The position numbers and the translations under genes were made by a program. Under the pieces are notes generated by a model. That model worked only from the letters and a program-made list of their open reading frames with translations, had not been told where the DNA came from and did not search any database. DNA of 63,842 nucleotides, the filler included, from Octopus bimaculoides (taxonomy: Eukaryota), in NCBI RefSeq assembly GCF_001194135.2. It is 6 parts of 5 records of this genome, joined end to end, with 100 filler letters (N's around TTAATTAATTAA, not from the genome) between each part and the next. Parts side by side here need not be neighbours in the genome. Positions count along the whole stretch, not along the records: positions 1 to 16,386 come from NC_068982.1; 5 more parts are not named here. One strand, written 5' to 3'. Below, in pieces: positions 1-11,635 of the stretch (position 1 is the stretch's first letter; each line of letters starts with the position of its first letter).

Positions 1-34
<34 letters not shown>

Positions 35-785
35 TATCGCTGGTTTGTGCAGTTGTATGTCTATATCTTCCACTAACAGTTTTATAGAGAACAGTTTTTT
101 ATGACCGTACTTCTTGTTAGTCTGAATACGGCATAAACTATCGCACGATGTCTTACTTCAGCTTACCGTGTGCAGTAGTGATTAACTTAAAAAGAGAAGA
201 AGAAGCGCGATATAGTCGATGCGGTTTCAATTCCCAATCAAGCATTATAGCTTAAAATGCACATCACATGTTTTGCTTTGGTAAAAAAACGGGTAACTCT
301 TTTCAGCCGCTATGTCTTTTTGACGTTATTAATAATAGAATTCATGTCTAGCTTCCCTATAGAAATTATCGTAACGTCTGTGCCTGTTTATCTGACCCAC
401 GTACTGTTTTGTTCATTCAAAGTGACAGAGGTCACATCAGTTCATTTAGTTATTGAATTTCAATTCAGTCGTAGTTGATGTTGATTGCTCTAGGTCCACC
501 TTGAACAAGCTGGTTATTGATCAAATACACTTCAAAATGTGACCATCTTATATTTTCCAGGCCAGTTCAACCAGATTCATATTATCCAATGTGTCATTTT
601 CTTTTTAAGAGAGTAGAGTGTAATTTGGGGGTGATTTGGTTGTTCTTTCTTGTATATTGCATGGCATTGAATAATCCGTCGTAGACTCTTAATGGTGACT
701 ACGTATAACATCGTCATATATTGTGTAAACTGGATTGTGTATATGTGAAGGTTTACGTGTGAATGTACAGAAACCGACGGTCAAA

Positions 786-1158
786 GGAGAGGGGGAGAGA
801 GAGAGAGGGGGGAAGAGAGAGAGAAAGAAGGAAGAAGAGAGGGAGAGAGAGAAAGTGAAAGAGAGAGAGAACGATAAAGAGAACGAGAGAGAAAAAGAGA
901 AAGCGAGAGAGAATGAGAAAGAGAAAGCGAGAGAAAGAAAGAGAGAGAGAGAAAGAGGGAGAGAGAAAGAAAGAGAGAGAAAGAGAGAGAGAAAGTGAGA
1001 GAAAGAAAGAGAGAGAACGAGAGAAAGAGAGAGAAAGAAAGAGAGAGAGAAAGAGAGGGAGAGAGAGAAAGAAACAAAGAGAAAAAGAGAGAGAGAAAGA
1101 AAGAAAGAGAGAGAAAGAGGGAGATAGATAGATAGAGATAGAGATAGAGAGAGAGAGA

Positions 1159-1210
<52 letters not shown>
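786..1210. repeat. Degenerate polypurine (GA/GAAA) microsatellite
   Basis: Almost pure A/G tract ending in perfect (GA)n; source of the SLSL/EREK pseudo-ORFs. Confidence 0.95.
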
Positions 1211-1213
<3 letters not shown>

Positions 1214-2656
1214 CTGGAACAGCTGAACATTCGCCACTTAGGGAGAAATAGAGAGATAAGTACAAAAGATAGGCGCTGTTACCAACACATTAAGCTGACA
1301 ACATTCAGAAGAGACAACACACTACATCATGTGACAAATGAAGGGCGCAGCCGACACATTAAATGTCCAAAAGCAATAAACGAAAACTGAATGTTATTTC
1401 GTTTGTCTGATATTTGTGTTTTTATGGTATGTCGTAGGTGTTATTTCAATTTAGAAAATATATTGGTTTGCAAAAAGAACACAGTTCAATGTTGATAGGA
1501 TCGCTTTGTGAGACAATGACTATAGTATATGTCCATGAGCTTATTTGCACAAGTGTGTGATATATATTCGTGCATATGTATATATATATATATAGATGTG
1601 TGCGTATGTGTGTAGATCAAACAGGTGTTGCATAAAACGTAAGTACAGTAATTTAGAATATTTGGCAGTAAATGTATAAATAAATTCCCATAGTTCATGC
1701 TTAAAAGAACTGCGTCTAATGTATTATGCTTTAGAGTATAAATGTGTGTATGTATGAGGTGTATTTGGATCTACGTACGTGAGAATGCGTAGAATGGTGT
1801 ATGTTCTTTTGGCTTATTATAAATAATAAAAAGAAACAAACAAAAACATGTTAATAGTTTCAATGATGATTACAACGAATGTTTTATTATCAGTCCGTTA
1901 TTTAATTATAGATGTATCGTGACATTCTCTCTTCGCATGATTCAAAAGTAATTCGCTAACATTATTGGAAACTTGAAAGATGATCTTTTCGATCAGATTA
2001 CGTGGGTAAGCAGCTATCCTCTGTTATTGGTTTATGAGAAATATACTTCGTATCTTCCTATTCTAACAGCTTAGGGAATACAACTTTTTACAATACACCG
2101 CATTGACGTCGGCAACGCACGTCGGTGATATTGGAAAGCAAATAGCTTAGGATCATTGCATATTGCATTAGGGAGAAGAATTGTGAGAAAAGGGATAACA
2201 CTAATATATATATACAAAATATGATTGTGTGTGCATGTACGCATGTGCGTGAATATANNNNNNNNNNNNNNNNNNNNNNNNNNNNNNNNNNNNNNNNNNN
2301 NNNNNNNNNNNNNNNNNNNNNNNNNNNNNNNNNNNNNNNNNNNNNNNNNNNNNNNNNNNNNNNNNNNNNNNNNNNNNNNNNNNNNNNNNNNNNNNNNNNN
2401 NNNNNNNNNNNNNNNNNNNNNNNNNNNNNNNNNNNNNNNNNNNNNNNNNNNNNNNNNNNNNNNNNNNNNNNNNNNNNNNNNNNNNNNNNNNNNNNNNNNN
2501 NNNNNNNNNNNNNNNNNNNNTTCATAGCTCTTTAAAGCTATTATAACTGCGTTCCACCCATGCCACTACTGGTGATATCATCAAATTTTGAATTTATCCA
2601 CAGGTGATATGAACAGTAGTGACATCTAACTTCAAATCTCAGTGTTTGAATATTTC

Positions 2657-2703
<47 letters not shown>

Positions 2704-2842
2704 CGACAAGAAATAATTTTTGCCTCTTTCTATGGAGACAAAAGGGTTTGTAGGACTGCAAAAAGAAGTGCTCAAATGAAATTGCGACAGAGACAAAAAA
2801 AGTTGATTAGAGAGCAAACATCAAATTCGAGTCGACGACTTT

Positions 2843-3620
2843 ATATAACATCTCGCTTCCATACATTTCATCATATATAAACATTACCATGGCCTTCAAC
2901 ATATAAAGGGAAGACATATATAAAAGCACAGAAGGTGAAAAATATATATGCACCTAAAAATACAGAATATATAGAACGGCCTATCAAGAAAAAGTATATA
3001 CAATCGACTAAAATAAGTGATTAAAATGAATTACTAAAGCGTGTCAAGCGACTAAAAAATAAATAATATCAATCGACTAAAAAAATGTTTGTACTTCCCT
3101 CAATTAAAAATATGCCAAAATAGTTCGTTTCATAAAACCCATTGTAGGTTGATAGTAAACGACTTGATTATGAAATTCCTGTTCATCCTGATGAGGGGGT
3201 CATTGCAGAGATGCGCTTTAACTCGTAATCGGACCGCGGCAGTGAACTGCCGAAATGGTCATAGTTGCGTTTTGACTTGATTTTGTGGAACTCTCTTACG
3301 CTCCTTGGACTTCAACCTACCATGGGTTTTATGAAACGAACTATTTTGACATATTTTTGATTGAGGGATGTACAAACATTTTTTTAGTCGATTGATATTT
3401 TTTGTTTTTAGTCGCTTGACACCTATTAGTAATTCATTTTGATTACTCATTTAATCGATTGTATATACTTTTCCTTGATAGGCCGTTCTATATAGTTGGT
3501 ATTTTTATGTGCATATATATTTTTCTAACTTTTATGCTTTTATATATGTCTTCCTTTTATATGTTGAAGGCCTTGGTAATGTTTATATATGATCAAATGT
3601 ATGGAAGCGTGATGTTATAT
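2843..3620. mobile_element. Foldback element: ~310-bp imperfect inverted arms around a 159-bp hammerhead-containing spacer (inverted PLE terminal repeat or MITE)
   Basis: 2843-3152 is the reverse complement of 3312-3620 along its length (e.g. GAACGGCCTATCAAG / CTTGATAGGCCGTTC; TAGTTCGTTTCATAAAACCCAT / ATGGGTTTTATGAAACGAACTA). Confidence 0.85.
3184..3267 (+). ncRNA. Type I hammerhead ribozyme motif with extended stem II
   Basis: CAUC-CUGAUGA (3188-3194), stem II including UCAUUGC/GCAGUGA, GAAA (3252-3255), self-complementary UGGUCA, UA, GUUG. Stem I has 3 of 4 pairs. Confidence 0.6.
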
Positions 3621-3629
3621 CATATGTAT

Positions 3630-3664
<35 letters not shown>

Positions 3665-3763
3665 TGTATGTACACACACGCTCATATGTATATACATACA
3701 TATATTAATATATGGGTTATAAAATATATATAGATATATTTACACATATATATATAGATAGAT

Positions 3764-3794
<31 letters not shown>

Positions 3795-4515
3795 NNNNNN
3801 NNNNNNNNNNNNNNNNNNNNNNNNNNNNNNNNNNNNNNNNNNNNNNNNNNNNNNNNNNNNNNNNNNNNNNNNNNNNNNNNNNNNNNNNNNNNNNNNNNNN
3901 NNNNNNNNNNNNNNNNNNNNNNNNNNNNNNNNNNNNNNNNNNNNNNNNNNNNNNNNNNNNNNNNNNNNNNNNNNNNNNNNNNNNNNNNNNNNNNNNNNNN
4001 NNNNNNNNNNNNNNNNNNNNNNNNNNNNNNNNNNNNNNNNNNNNNNNNNNNNNNNNNNNNNNNNNNNNNNNNNNNNNNNNNNNNNNNNNNNNNNNNNNNN
4101 NNNNNNNNNNNNNNNNNNNNNNNNNNNNNNNNNNNNNNNNNNNNNNNNNNNNNNNNNNNNNNNNNNNNNNNNNNNNNNNNNNNNNNNNNNNNNNNNNNNN
4201 NNNNNNNNNNNNNNNNNNNNNNNNNNNNNNNNNNNNNNNNNNNNNNNNNNNNNNNNNNNNNNNNNNNNNNNNNNNNNNNNNNNNNNNNNNNNNNNNNNNN
4301 NNNNNNNNNNNNNNNNNNNNNNNNNNNNNNNNNNNNNNNNNNNNNNNNNNNNNNNNNNNNNNNNNNNNNNNNNNNNNNNNNNNNNNNNNNNNNNNNNNNN
4401 NNNNNNNNNNNNNNNNNNNNNNNNNNNNNNNNNNNNNNNNNNNNNNNNNNNNNNNNNNNNNNNNNNNNNNNNNNNNNNNNNNNNNNNNNNNNNNNNNNNN
4501 NNNNNNNNNNNNNNN

Positions 4516-4546
<31 letters not shown>

Positions 4547-4761
4547 ATCTATCTATCTATATATATAGTTTTTAACCCATATAAGCAACGAACATATTAC
4601 TATACAGGTGTATATCTGTGAGCTATGACCAAACCACACATGAAACAACATCGGTGTATGGACTGTGACGTGTTTTAATCGATATCGTTCGTTAGTTTCT
4701 GCCTAACACTGCTGCTGTTTAAGCATAGACTTGATTCATCTGCTTTGTATATACCTGGCAG

Positions 4762-4856
4762 CTTGTTAGCTGTGCTTGGTGAGTCTTGTTAGCTGTGCTT
4801 GGTGAGTCTTGTTAGCTGTGCTTGGTGAGTCTTGTTAGCTGTGCTTGGTGAGTCTT
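4762..4856. repeat. 23-bp minisatellite x4
   Basis: Unit CTTGTTAGCTGTGCTTGGTGAGT repeated exactly four times. Confidence 0.97.
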
Positions 4857-5153
4857 ACCTGTCGTGTTCAGTGTAAAAATACATTTATTACACCTGTCAA
4901 ACTAGCGGCAATATGTAAAGTAGCTTACTAAATGCAAACTAAACAGTATTTACTCCATAGTTATAAACTGTAATATATTCGATAGAACATTAGATATCGT
5001 TACTTTGAGTATTTTTCAGGAAAGTTCAGTGTATATTCGTCACCAAATTTAATACTACAAACGTTAGTGACAGCAACTCTGTGAAAGTAAACTTGTTTTG
5101 CAAAAGAAGTCACCCTTGCCTTAATTTTAAATTCTCATATTGAGGGTTTCTTT

Positions 5154-5376
5154 AAGGCAATGAGCTGGTAGAATCGTTAGCACGCCAGGTAAAATGTTTA
5201 GCGGCATTTCGTCCGTCTTTACGTTCCGTGTTCAAATTTCACCGAAGTTGACGACTTTACATTTTGTTCTTTCTGGGTCGATAAAATAAATGCCAGTTGG
5301 GCACTGGGGTCGATGTAATCGATTTTTCCCTTCCCCCGAACTTACTGGCCTTGTGCCAAAATTTGAAAGCAATATT
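5154..5376 (+). mobile_element. tRNA-derived SINE, family A
   Basis: AAGGCAATGAGCTGGTAGAATCGTTAGC head, GTTCAAATT B-box-like, GGGTCGATAAAATAA core, GGCCTTGTGCCAAAATTTGAAA tail. Confidence 0.9.
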
Positions 5377-5539
5377 AAGTGTTTCTTTAAATATATTAAA
5401 CAGACGAATTCACAAATACATATATAAATGCGTGTATATTCGCACATACAAACATGCAAGTATGCATCTCTCATAGGTAGCTCAACGATGAAACATGGAA
5501 TCTTGAGTATTAGTAACACAAGTAAATCAGTCTCCGTCA

Positions 5540-6640
5540 CTGCCTTTTGTCTTCAGTAGATGTAGCCCAACAACGGGTATCTTTCTAGTTTCTTAATGTT
5601 ACATTTAGATGTATTCTGAAATCTCAGTCGGGGCCAACTCTGATTCCTCGTATCATTCTATGACTCACTGTACAGAATTTTTCTAGGAACTTTCTCCATT
5701 CATTGGATATTGGAGGTTTCTGATTTTGTCTTCCCAATGGGATTAAACTTGTCAGGCCTACTGGCCGCTACTTACATGGACCAGTTAGAACGCAGGGCAC
5801 TCAACAGCTATCGTACCTGCCCCTTTTTGACCAGGAATGTAGACGACATCCTCATATTAGCATCATCTCAGGAGGAAGCAGTTAAAATAGGCAATATGTT
5901 CACAATATCGATGAACATACAAAATTTGAAATGGAACGCCCTTATAACACAGGTTCTGTTTGTCTGCTTGATTTTGAACTCAAAATCAGTGAGATCGGAT
6001 CCATTTCCACTAACTTTTACATAAAAACAGTGTGCAGAGGTCTATTTTTGTACATTATAATTCCTCCATGCCCCACAGAGCTAAGGCGGCTTACTTTAGA
6101 AATGGATCCACACGATACGCAGTAAATGCAATGTGACAGGAAGTCAAAACACCAATATCATACAATTCCAAAAAGTCCTGATAGAAAATGGTTATCCATA
6201 CCCTTTCATTAAGCACGAATGCCCCCCGCCCCAGATTCTTTAACAAAACCCACACATCCAAGCTTATCATGTTAAGCTACTACCATATTTTAATGAGAAA
6301 ACGACTGCTGCTAACCGTTTTAGGAGCCGTAAGGTGGGACTAAATATACAACGGCAATACTCCAGACCTTTCTTGAGGAGGGTTCTACTTTAAATTAAGC
6401 CAAAAAAAAAACAAAAAAAACAACAGATATTTTAATTAACAAGTACACAACGCGAATTAATAACAGAGCTGAATTGCACACAACTGATTGGTTACTGTAG
6501 CAATGCAAAACAATACTTCGTATATACGCACACGCTACAATGCAGAAAAATTAGTGATCAATACCTTGACTCTGTAAATTTCCTGAAGAAGAGTTCCTAA
6601 CTCTGAAATATTGACATGCAATAAAAAAATAAAATATATA
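5540..6640 (+). mobile_element. Decayed Penelope-like retroelement (RT/thumb remnant with 3' terminal repeat)
   Basis: Frameshifted peptides PMGLNLSGLLAATYMDQLE, TRNVDDILI (YVDD motif), CLLDFEL, LIENGYPYPFI and LLPYF match PLE RT motifs; hammerhead at the 3' end. Confidence 0.85.
6578..6617 (+). ncRNA. Minimal type I hammerhead ribozyme at the PLE 3' end
   Basis: AUUUC-CUGAAGA-AGAGU(UCCUA)ACUCU-GAAA-UA-UU-GACAU; 5-bp stem II, stem I 4 of 5 pairs. Confidence 0.65.
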
Positions 6641-6772
6641 ATCAAAGTGCAGAAATGGCGTACTCCGAATGATCAAGGTGATGCAATCTGGTGGTAGAAG
6701 GAAATCCACGAATTAGTGAATCCAAAGCCTGTCGGAAGAATGGGGGTCCGTGTTAGCGTGTAGTAAACAGTT

Positions 6773-7155
6773 GATTAGAAAACAGAGAAAAAAAAAGACA
6801 ACCAGAAAAAAAAAAACAACGCGAGGATGTAGCACATGCAAAATATTAATAAGACGCTCAAGGAAGGAAAGAGTGGTTGTTTTATGTTTCGAGGAAAGCT
6901 CTTCTTTGGGAGCAGGAGGAATAAGAAAGTCCAAAAGAAAAGGAAGGAGGAAAAAAATCACCTACAGTCCACGTATAGTTACATTTTTTCCTCCTTCCTT
7001 TTCTTTTGGATTTACCTATTTCTTCTGTTTCCGAAGAAGAGCTATGCTCGAAACGTAAAACAACCACTCTTTCCTTCCTTGAGCGTCTTATTAATACTTA
7101 GTAAGTGCTACATCCTCACGTTGTTTATTCCTGTCTTTTTCCCCGTTTTTTAATC
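6773..7155. mobile_element. Head-to-head inverted pair of ~180-bp hammerhead-bearing repeats (inverted PLE terminal-repeat structure)
   Basis: 6773-6956 is the reverse complement of 6984-7155 (e.g. AATAAGACGCTCAAGGAAGGAAAGAGTGGTTGTTTTA); ~27-bp spacer. Confidence 0.88.
7026..7062 (+). ncRNA. Minimal type I hammerhead ribozyme, one core substitution
   Basis: UGUUU-CCGAAGA-A-GAGC(UAU)GCUC-GAAA-CG-UA-AAACA; perfect 5-bp stem I and 4-bp stem II; U4 is replaced by C. Confidence 0.7.
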
Positions 7156-7947
7156 ACACACACACACACACACNNNNNNNNNNNNNNNNNNNNNNNNNNN
7201 NNNNNNNNNNNNNNNNNNNNNNNNNNNNNNNNNNNNNNNNNNNNNNNNNNNNNNNNNNNNNNNNNNNNNNNNNNNNNNNNNNNNNNNNNNNNNNNNNNNN
7301 NNNNNNNNNNNNNNNNNNNNNNNNNNNNNNNNNNNNNNNNNNNNNNNNNNNNNNNNNNNNNNNNNNNNNNNNNNNNNNNNNNNNNNNNNNNNNNNNNNNN
7401 NNNNNNNNNNNNNNNNNNNNNNNNNNNNNNNNNNNNNNNNNNNNNNNNNNNNNNNNNNNNNTATATATACGCATACGTACAAGCATATACACACGCACGC
7501 ACACACATACACACATACAAATTCACTTAAATCTAGTAATTATCTTTACTATAAGTACTCACTGTACTCTCTATCAATTTATTAAGTACTTGATTAAACA
7601 GGAAAATAAAAATTATCAGTAACAGAATCCTGTAAAGAAATAGAAACATATAAATGAAAAAAAAAAAAATCCTTAGATCACCTTAAATATTCCAATTAAT
7701 TTTGAAATCTACATCAGTTAATTGACAAATAACCGTTCAAACTTCTTTGATTACTTAGGAACATGTACAAGAGGAAGAAGGAGGAGGAGGATAAGAAAGA
7801 GGAGTAAAAGATGAAGAAGAAGAAGTAAAAGAAGAGGAGGGTGAGGTTGAGAAGAAGAAGAAAAAGAAATGAAGAGCTGTTATAGTAACAACTGCAACAA
7901 CATATATTTACAAACTTCCATATACGTACATATGTATACATGTGTAG

Positions 7948-8058
<111 letters not shown>

Positions 8059-8059
8059 C

Positions 8060-8203
8060 CACGCATACAACAGGCTTCTTTTAGTTTCCGGCTATCAAAT
8101 TCACTCAGAAGGCATTATTCAGCTTGAGGTTGTAGTTGAAGACACTTGCCCAAGGAGCCACGCAGTGGGACTGAACCTGGAACCATGGAGTTGAGAAGCA
8201 AAC
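8060..8203 (-). mobile_element. SINE family B, 5' half
   Basis: GAAGACACTTGCCCAAGG..CACGCAGTGGGACTGAACC is the reverse complement of the tRNA-like head plus CORE-like block. Confidence 0.88.
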
Positions 8204-8880
8204 TTCCTACCAACTTTATAACTTTACAGCAATATTGGAAATTTTAAGAACATTATAACACATCTATTCATTCTCAATACGTGTTGGCTGGTTCGACCAT
8301 GAATATCGCTGTCGGTTTTCATCATCGGAGAACATCTCCTCCATTTAGACGATCTATGTTTATAACACGCGATTCACCGGTGAAAGGAGACATTGAGTCA
8401 CTGCGCTGTTTTGACCTTATTGTGAAACTTCTCAGGCAAAGCTACTTCATCGGATCGATCAACTGACAATGGTACAAGTTCTTGTTTATAGTAATCAGCA
8501 AACAAATTACTTACCAATGCGTGGTAATATCTGTCGAGCATACTAATTCATGATGTTCATGCAGACCAGCGGGAACCTGAACGATGACGTATCTATTCAT
8601 TGTCGAAAGGTGCTTTTCGTTGTTGGATGACGTGTACAGCTTGCACCTCACGAATTATTAAGAAATTTACTTTCCTAGATTCATCAAGATTTGTTCAAAT
8701 TTGAAACTTTTGAATTAATAAAATCAAATCAGCAAGAACGGAATCGAAAAATATCGAAAATTGAAATTAATCTTGTAACTCCTGTTGATTTCTATTGAAA
8801 TTAAAATTTAAACTCAACTACCGAAAAAAAAAAGAACAAAAACAATTTAATATGGAATTTCTTCATAAAATATTTGTTTA

Positions 8881-9097
8881 AAGGGTGGTGGATTGGCTGA
8901 ACCATTAGAGCTTCAGCAAGCTATGTTTTGCGGTATTTGTTTCGAGTCACTGAGTTTTGAGTTCAAACCCCGCCGAAGTCAACTTTGTCCTTTATTCTTT
9001 AGGGGTCAATAAAATAAAGTACTGGTTAATGGAGTTGATGGTTTCTACTAATACCATTCCTCCAAAATTGTTGGTTCTGGGTCTAAATTAGAAATCA
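8881..9097 (+). mobile_element. SINE family A, diverged
   Basis: GAGTTCAAACCCCGCCGAAGTCAACTTTG..GGGGTCAATAAAATAAAGTAC. Confidence 0.75.
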
Positions 9098-9098
9098 T

Positions 9099-9645
9099 TT
9101 TGTTTCAGTCATTAGACTGCGGCCATGCTGGGGCATCACCTTGAAGAATTTTAGTTGAATGAATCATCTCCGGTTCTTATTTCTATTTTTTAAAGTCTGG
9201 TATTTCTTATATCGGTCTCTTTTACCGAACCACTAAGTTACAGGGACGTAAGCAATCTAACGCCGGTTGTCAAATGATTAGAAAACAGAGAAAAAAATGA
9301 TTAGAAAAGAGAATAAAAAACAACGCGAGGACGTAGCACATGCAAAGTATTAATAAGACGCTCAAGGAAGGAAAGAGTGGTTGTTTTATGTTTCGAGGAA
9401 AGCTCTTCTTCGGGAACAAGAGAAATAGGAAAGTCCAAAAGAAAAGGAAGGAGGGGGTTAAACACACACACTCACCCACATATACGACAGGCTTCTTTCA
9501 GTTTACGTCTACCAAATCCACTCACAAGGCTTTGGCCGGCCCGAGGCTATAATCGAAGATACTTGCCCAAGTTACCATATAGCAGGGCTGAACCCGGAAC
9601 CATGTGGTTGGGAAGCAAGCTTTTTACAACACAACCACGCCTGCA
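9099..9645 (-). mobile_element. Full-length SINE family B interrupted by a hammerhead repeat
   Basis: Tail TGTTTCAGTCATTAGACTGCGGCCATGCTG at 9101, head AACCCGGAACCATGTGG..CCACGCCTGCA at 9590-9645, split at 9275/9454. Confidence 0.88.
9276..9453 (-). mobile_element. Single copy of the 6773-7155 hammerhead repeat inserted in a SINE
   Basis: Near-identical to 6773-6952; minus strand reads CCCGAAGAAGAGCUUUCCUCGAAACAUAAAACA. Confidence 0.85.
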
Positions 9646-9666
9646 CTATTACTATATATATATTTT

Positions 9667-9905
9667 TAAAGGGTGTTGGATTGGCCAAATTGTAAGAGCG
9701 CCAGAAAAATGCTTTCCAATATTTCTTTCGAGTGTTTATATTTTGAATTCCCATCCCATCGATGTCAATTTTGCTTGAAATCCTTTCGGGGGTCGGTAAA
9801 GTAAAGTACCAGTCAAGTACGAGTATTGCATATGAGGTGAGGTTAGTCGACTTGATTGATTAACTTCTCCCTTATATTATAGCTCTGGTTGACTATATCA
9901 GAAAC
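9667..9905 (+). mobile_element. SINE family A, diverged
   Basis: CCTTTCGGGGGTCGGTAAAGTAAAGTACCAG core; head resembles the 8881 copy. Confidence 0.7.
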
Positions 9906-10327
9906 AAAAGGGATTTGATTAAATCGTCATATGCACGTTAAGCAGCGAGAATCAAAATGGTGGCTAGCATATTTATCCATATGGCACAGTATATGCTAAT
10001 TGCTATTGCGCTTTGTTACAGAACAACTTCTTTATGACAAATGAACGTTCATATTCATGTTCGAATCTGTCTGAGTCTATAAAGAATAAATATGCAAATT
10101 ATTAGATATTTTCACCCAATTTGGTTTACGAAAACCTCTGAAGTTATAACAATTTTAAATTAAAAATAAAAATTAAGTAAAAAATAAAGGAGAAAACAAC
10201 AAACAAACAAAAGGGTATTTTTATCCCATCTTTTCATTTCAAATAATCTCAAGAATAGAAAAGAGACAGAGAAAGAGAGAGGGAAGGAGGAAGAGAGACA
10301 GAGAAAGAGAGAGAGGGAGAGGAAGGA

Positions 10328-10367
<40 letters not shown>

Positions 10368-11635
10368 GAGAGAGAGAGACAGAGAGAGAGAGGAGAAAGG
10401 AGGAAGAGAGAGCGTGAAGTATAAAACCTTTCTTTTCCCTTGATATAACAATGGAAATACGTTTGTAGAGATGACATAAACACTGACGTTATTTTGGGTA
10501 ACCATTCACTAACGACTGTTCAGTTTTTGCACTTGTTCTGAAAATTCTGGCCTTCGGTAATCCATCTCTTATCTACACACTCCTTCTCTTGAATCTTGCT
10601 GTTGGCACTACATTGGCTTCTGTCCTTTGTTTTTATCCGATTCTTGTTGAAATCGTTTTTTCAGTTGGAAAAACTATTTGAGCAAAACTGTTTTGTTTTG
10701 TTCAAAGAAATGTTTTCACTTGTCATGATGACAAATTTAACGAGAATCTCTTGTTTTAGGCAGTTCTTCATTTTTTAAATAGTATATTTATTTTTTTATA
10801 GGATATTTTTTATAGTATATTTTAAAATCTTTTTATAGTATATTTATGTAACATTTGTTTTCTTTTTTCCTTTGTGTCTTTTCGTTATAGATTCCATCAA
10901 AGATCGAAAGCTGTTTTCTTGTTTTCAATCTCTCTATGTAACTTTTCCACGTTGATTTTTTTATTATTTAGGAAGGGAAGGATAGGTTATATCTATGACT
11001 CTTTACAAAGCCTTCAAGACTGGTAGAGGGGTTGAAGGACGGGCGGTATTCTCAAAGCAGTGACCTAATTCAAATGCTTACAATAGAATGAACATCCATA
11101 AAGTCACTCAACGACCATGCGGTGGTGTTAAACTGGGTAATGGATTAAGCTTGTTGTCCAAATAGACCAAGGCAGGATTTGAACTCAAAATGTAAACATC
11201 CGGAATTAATAGCAAATACTCTAATGATTCATTCCTCTATTCAATCAATTTAACTCGTACTTTATTTATCGATTCTGGAAGGGTGAAAGACAAAGATAGC
11301 TTCGATGGGATTTGAACGCAAAAGCAAAAAACCGGGATAAAGCAGCTGAAGTGATTTCCCGTCTGTTTGTTCCAGACTACACATTTCTATTTGAGTAGAT
11401 CTGACAGACCCACTTTCCTTTATGATTACTTAAGCAGTTGAATACCTCTACTCTGGTGACATTGATAATCGAATCTGTTTTTAGTATATTTCTGTCGTCC
11501 ATGTTGTCTTTGTCCATTTGTTGTTGCTATTCGGTTGTACAAGAGAAAAAAATATCCTTTGTTTCTTTTTTTTATTGGGTCAGTCATTGAATCCAAATAG
11601 TTATGTCTTTTTAAAGTCTAGTACATGTTCTATCG

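Noticed and set aside
2560-2625. C/D box snoRNA-like stem (12-bp inverted repeat)
   Set aside because: Box C has two mismatches and there is no CUGA box D.
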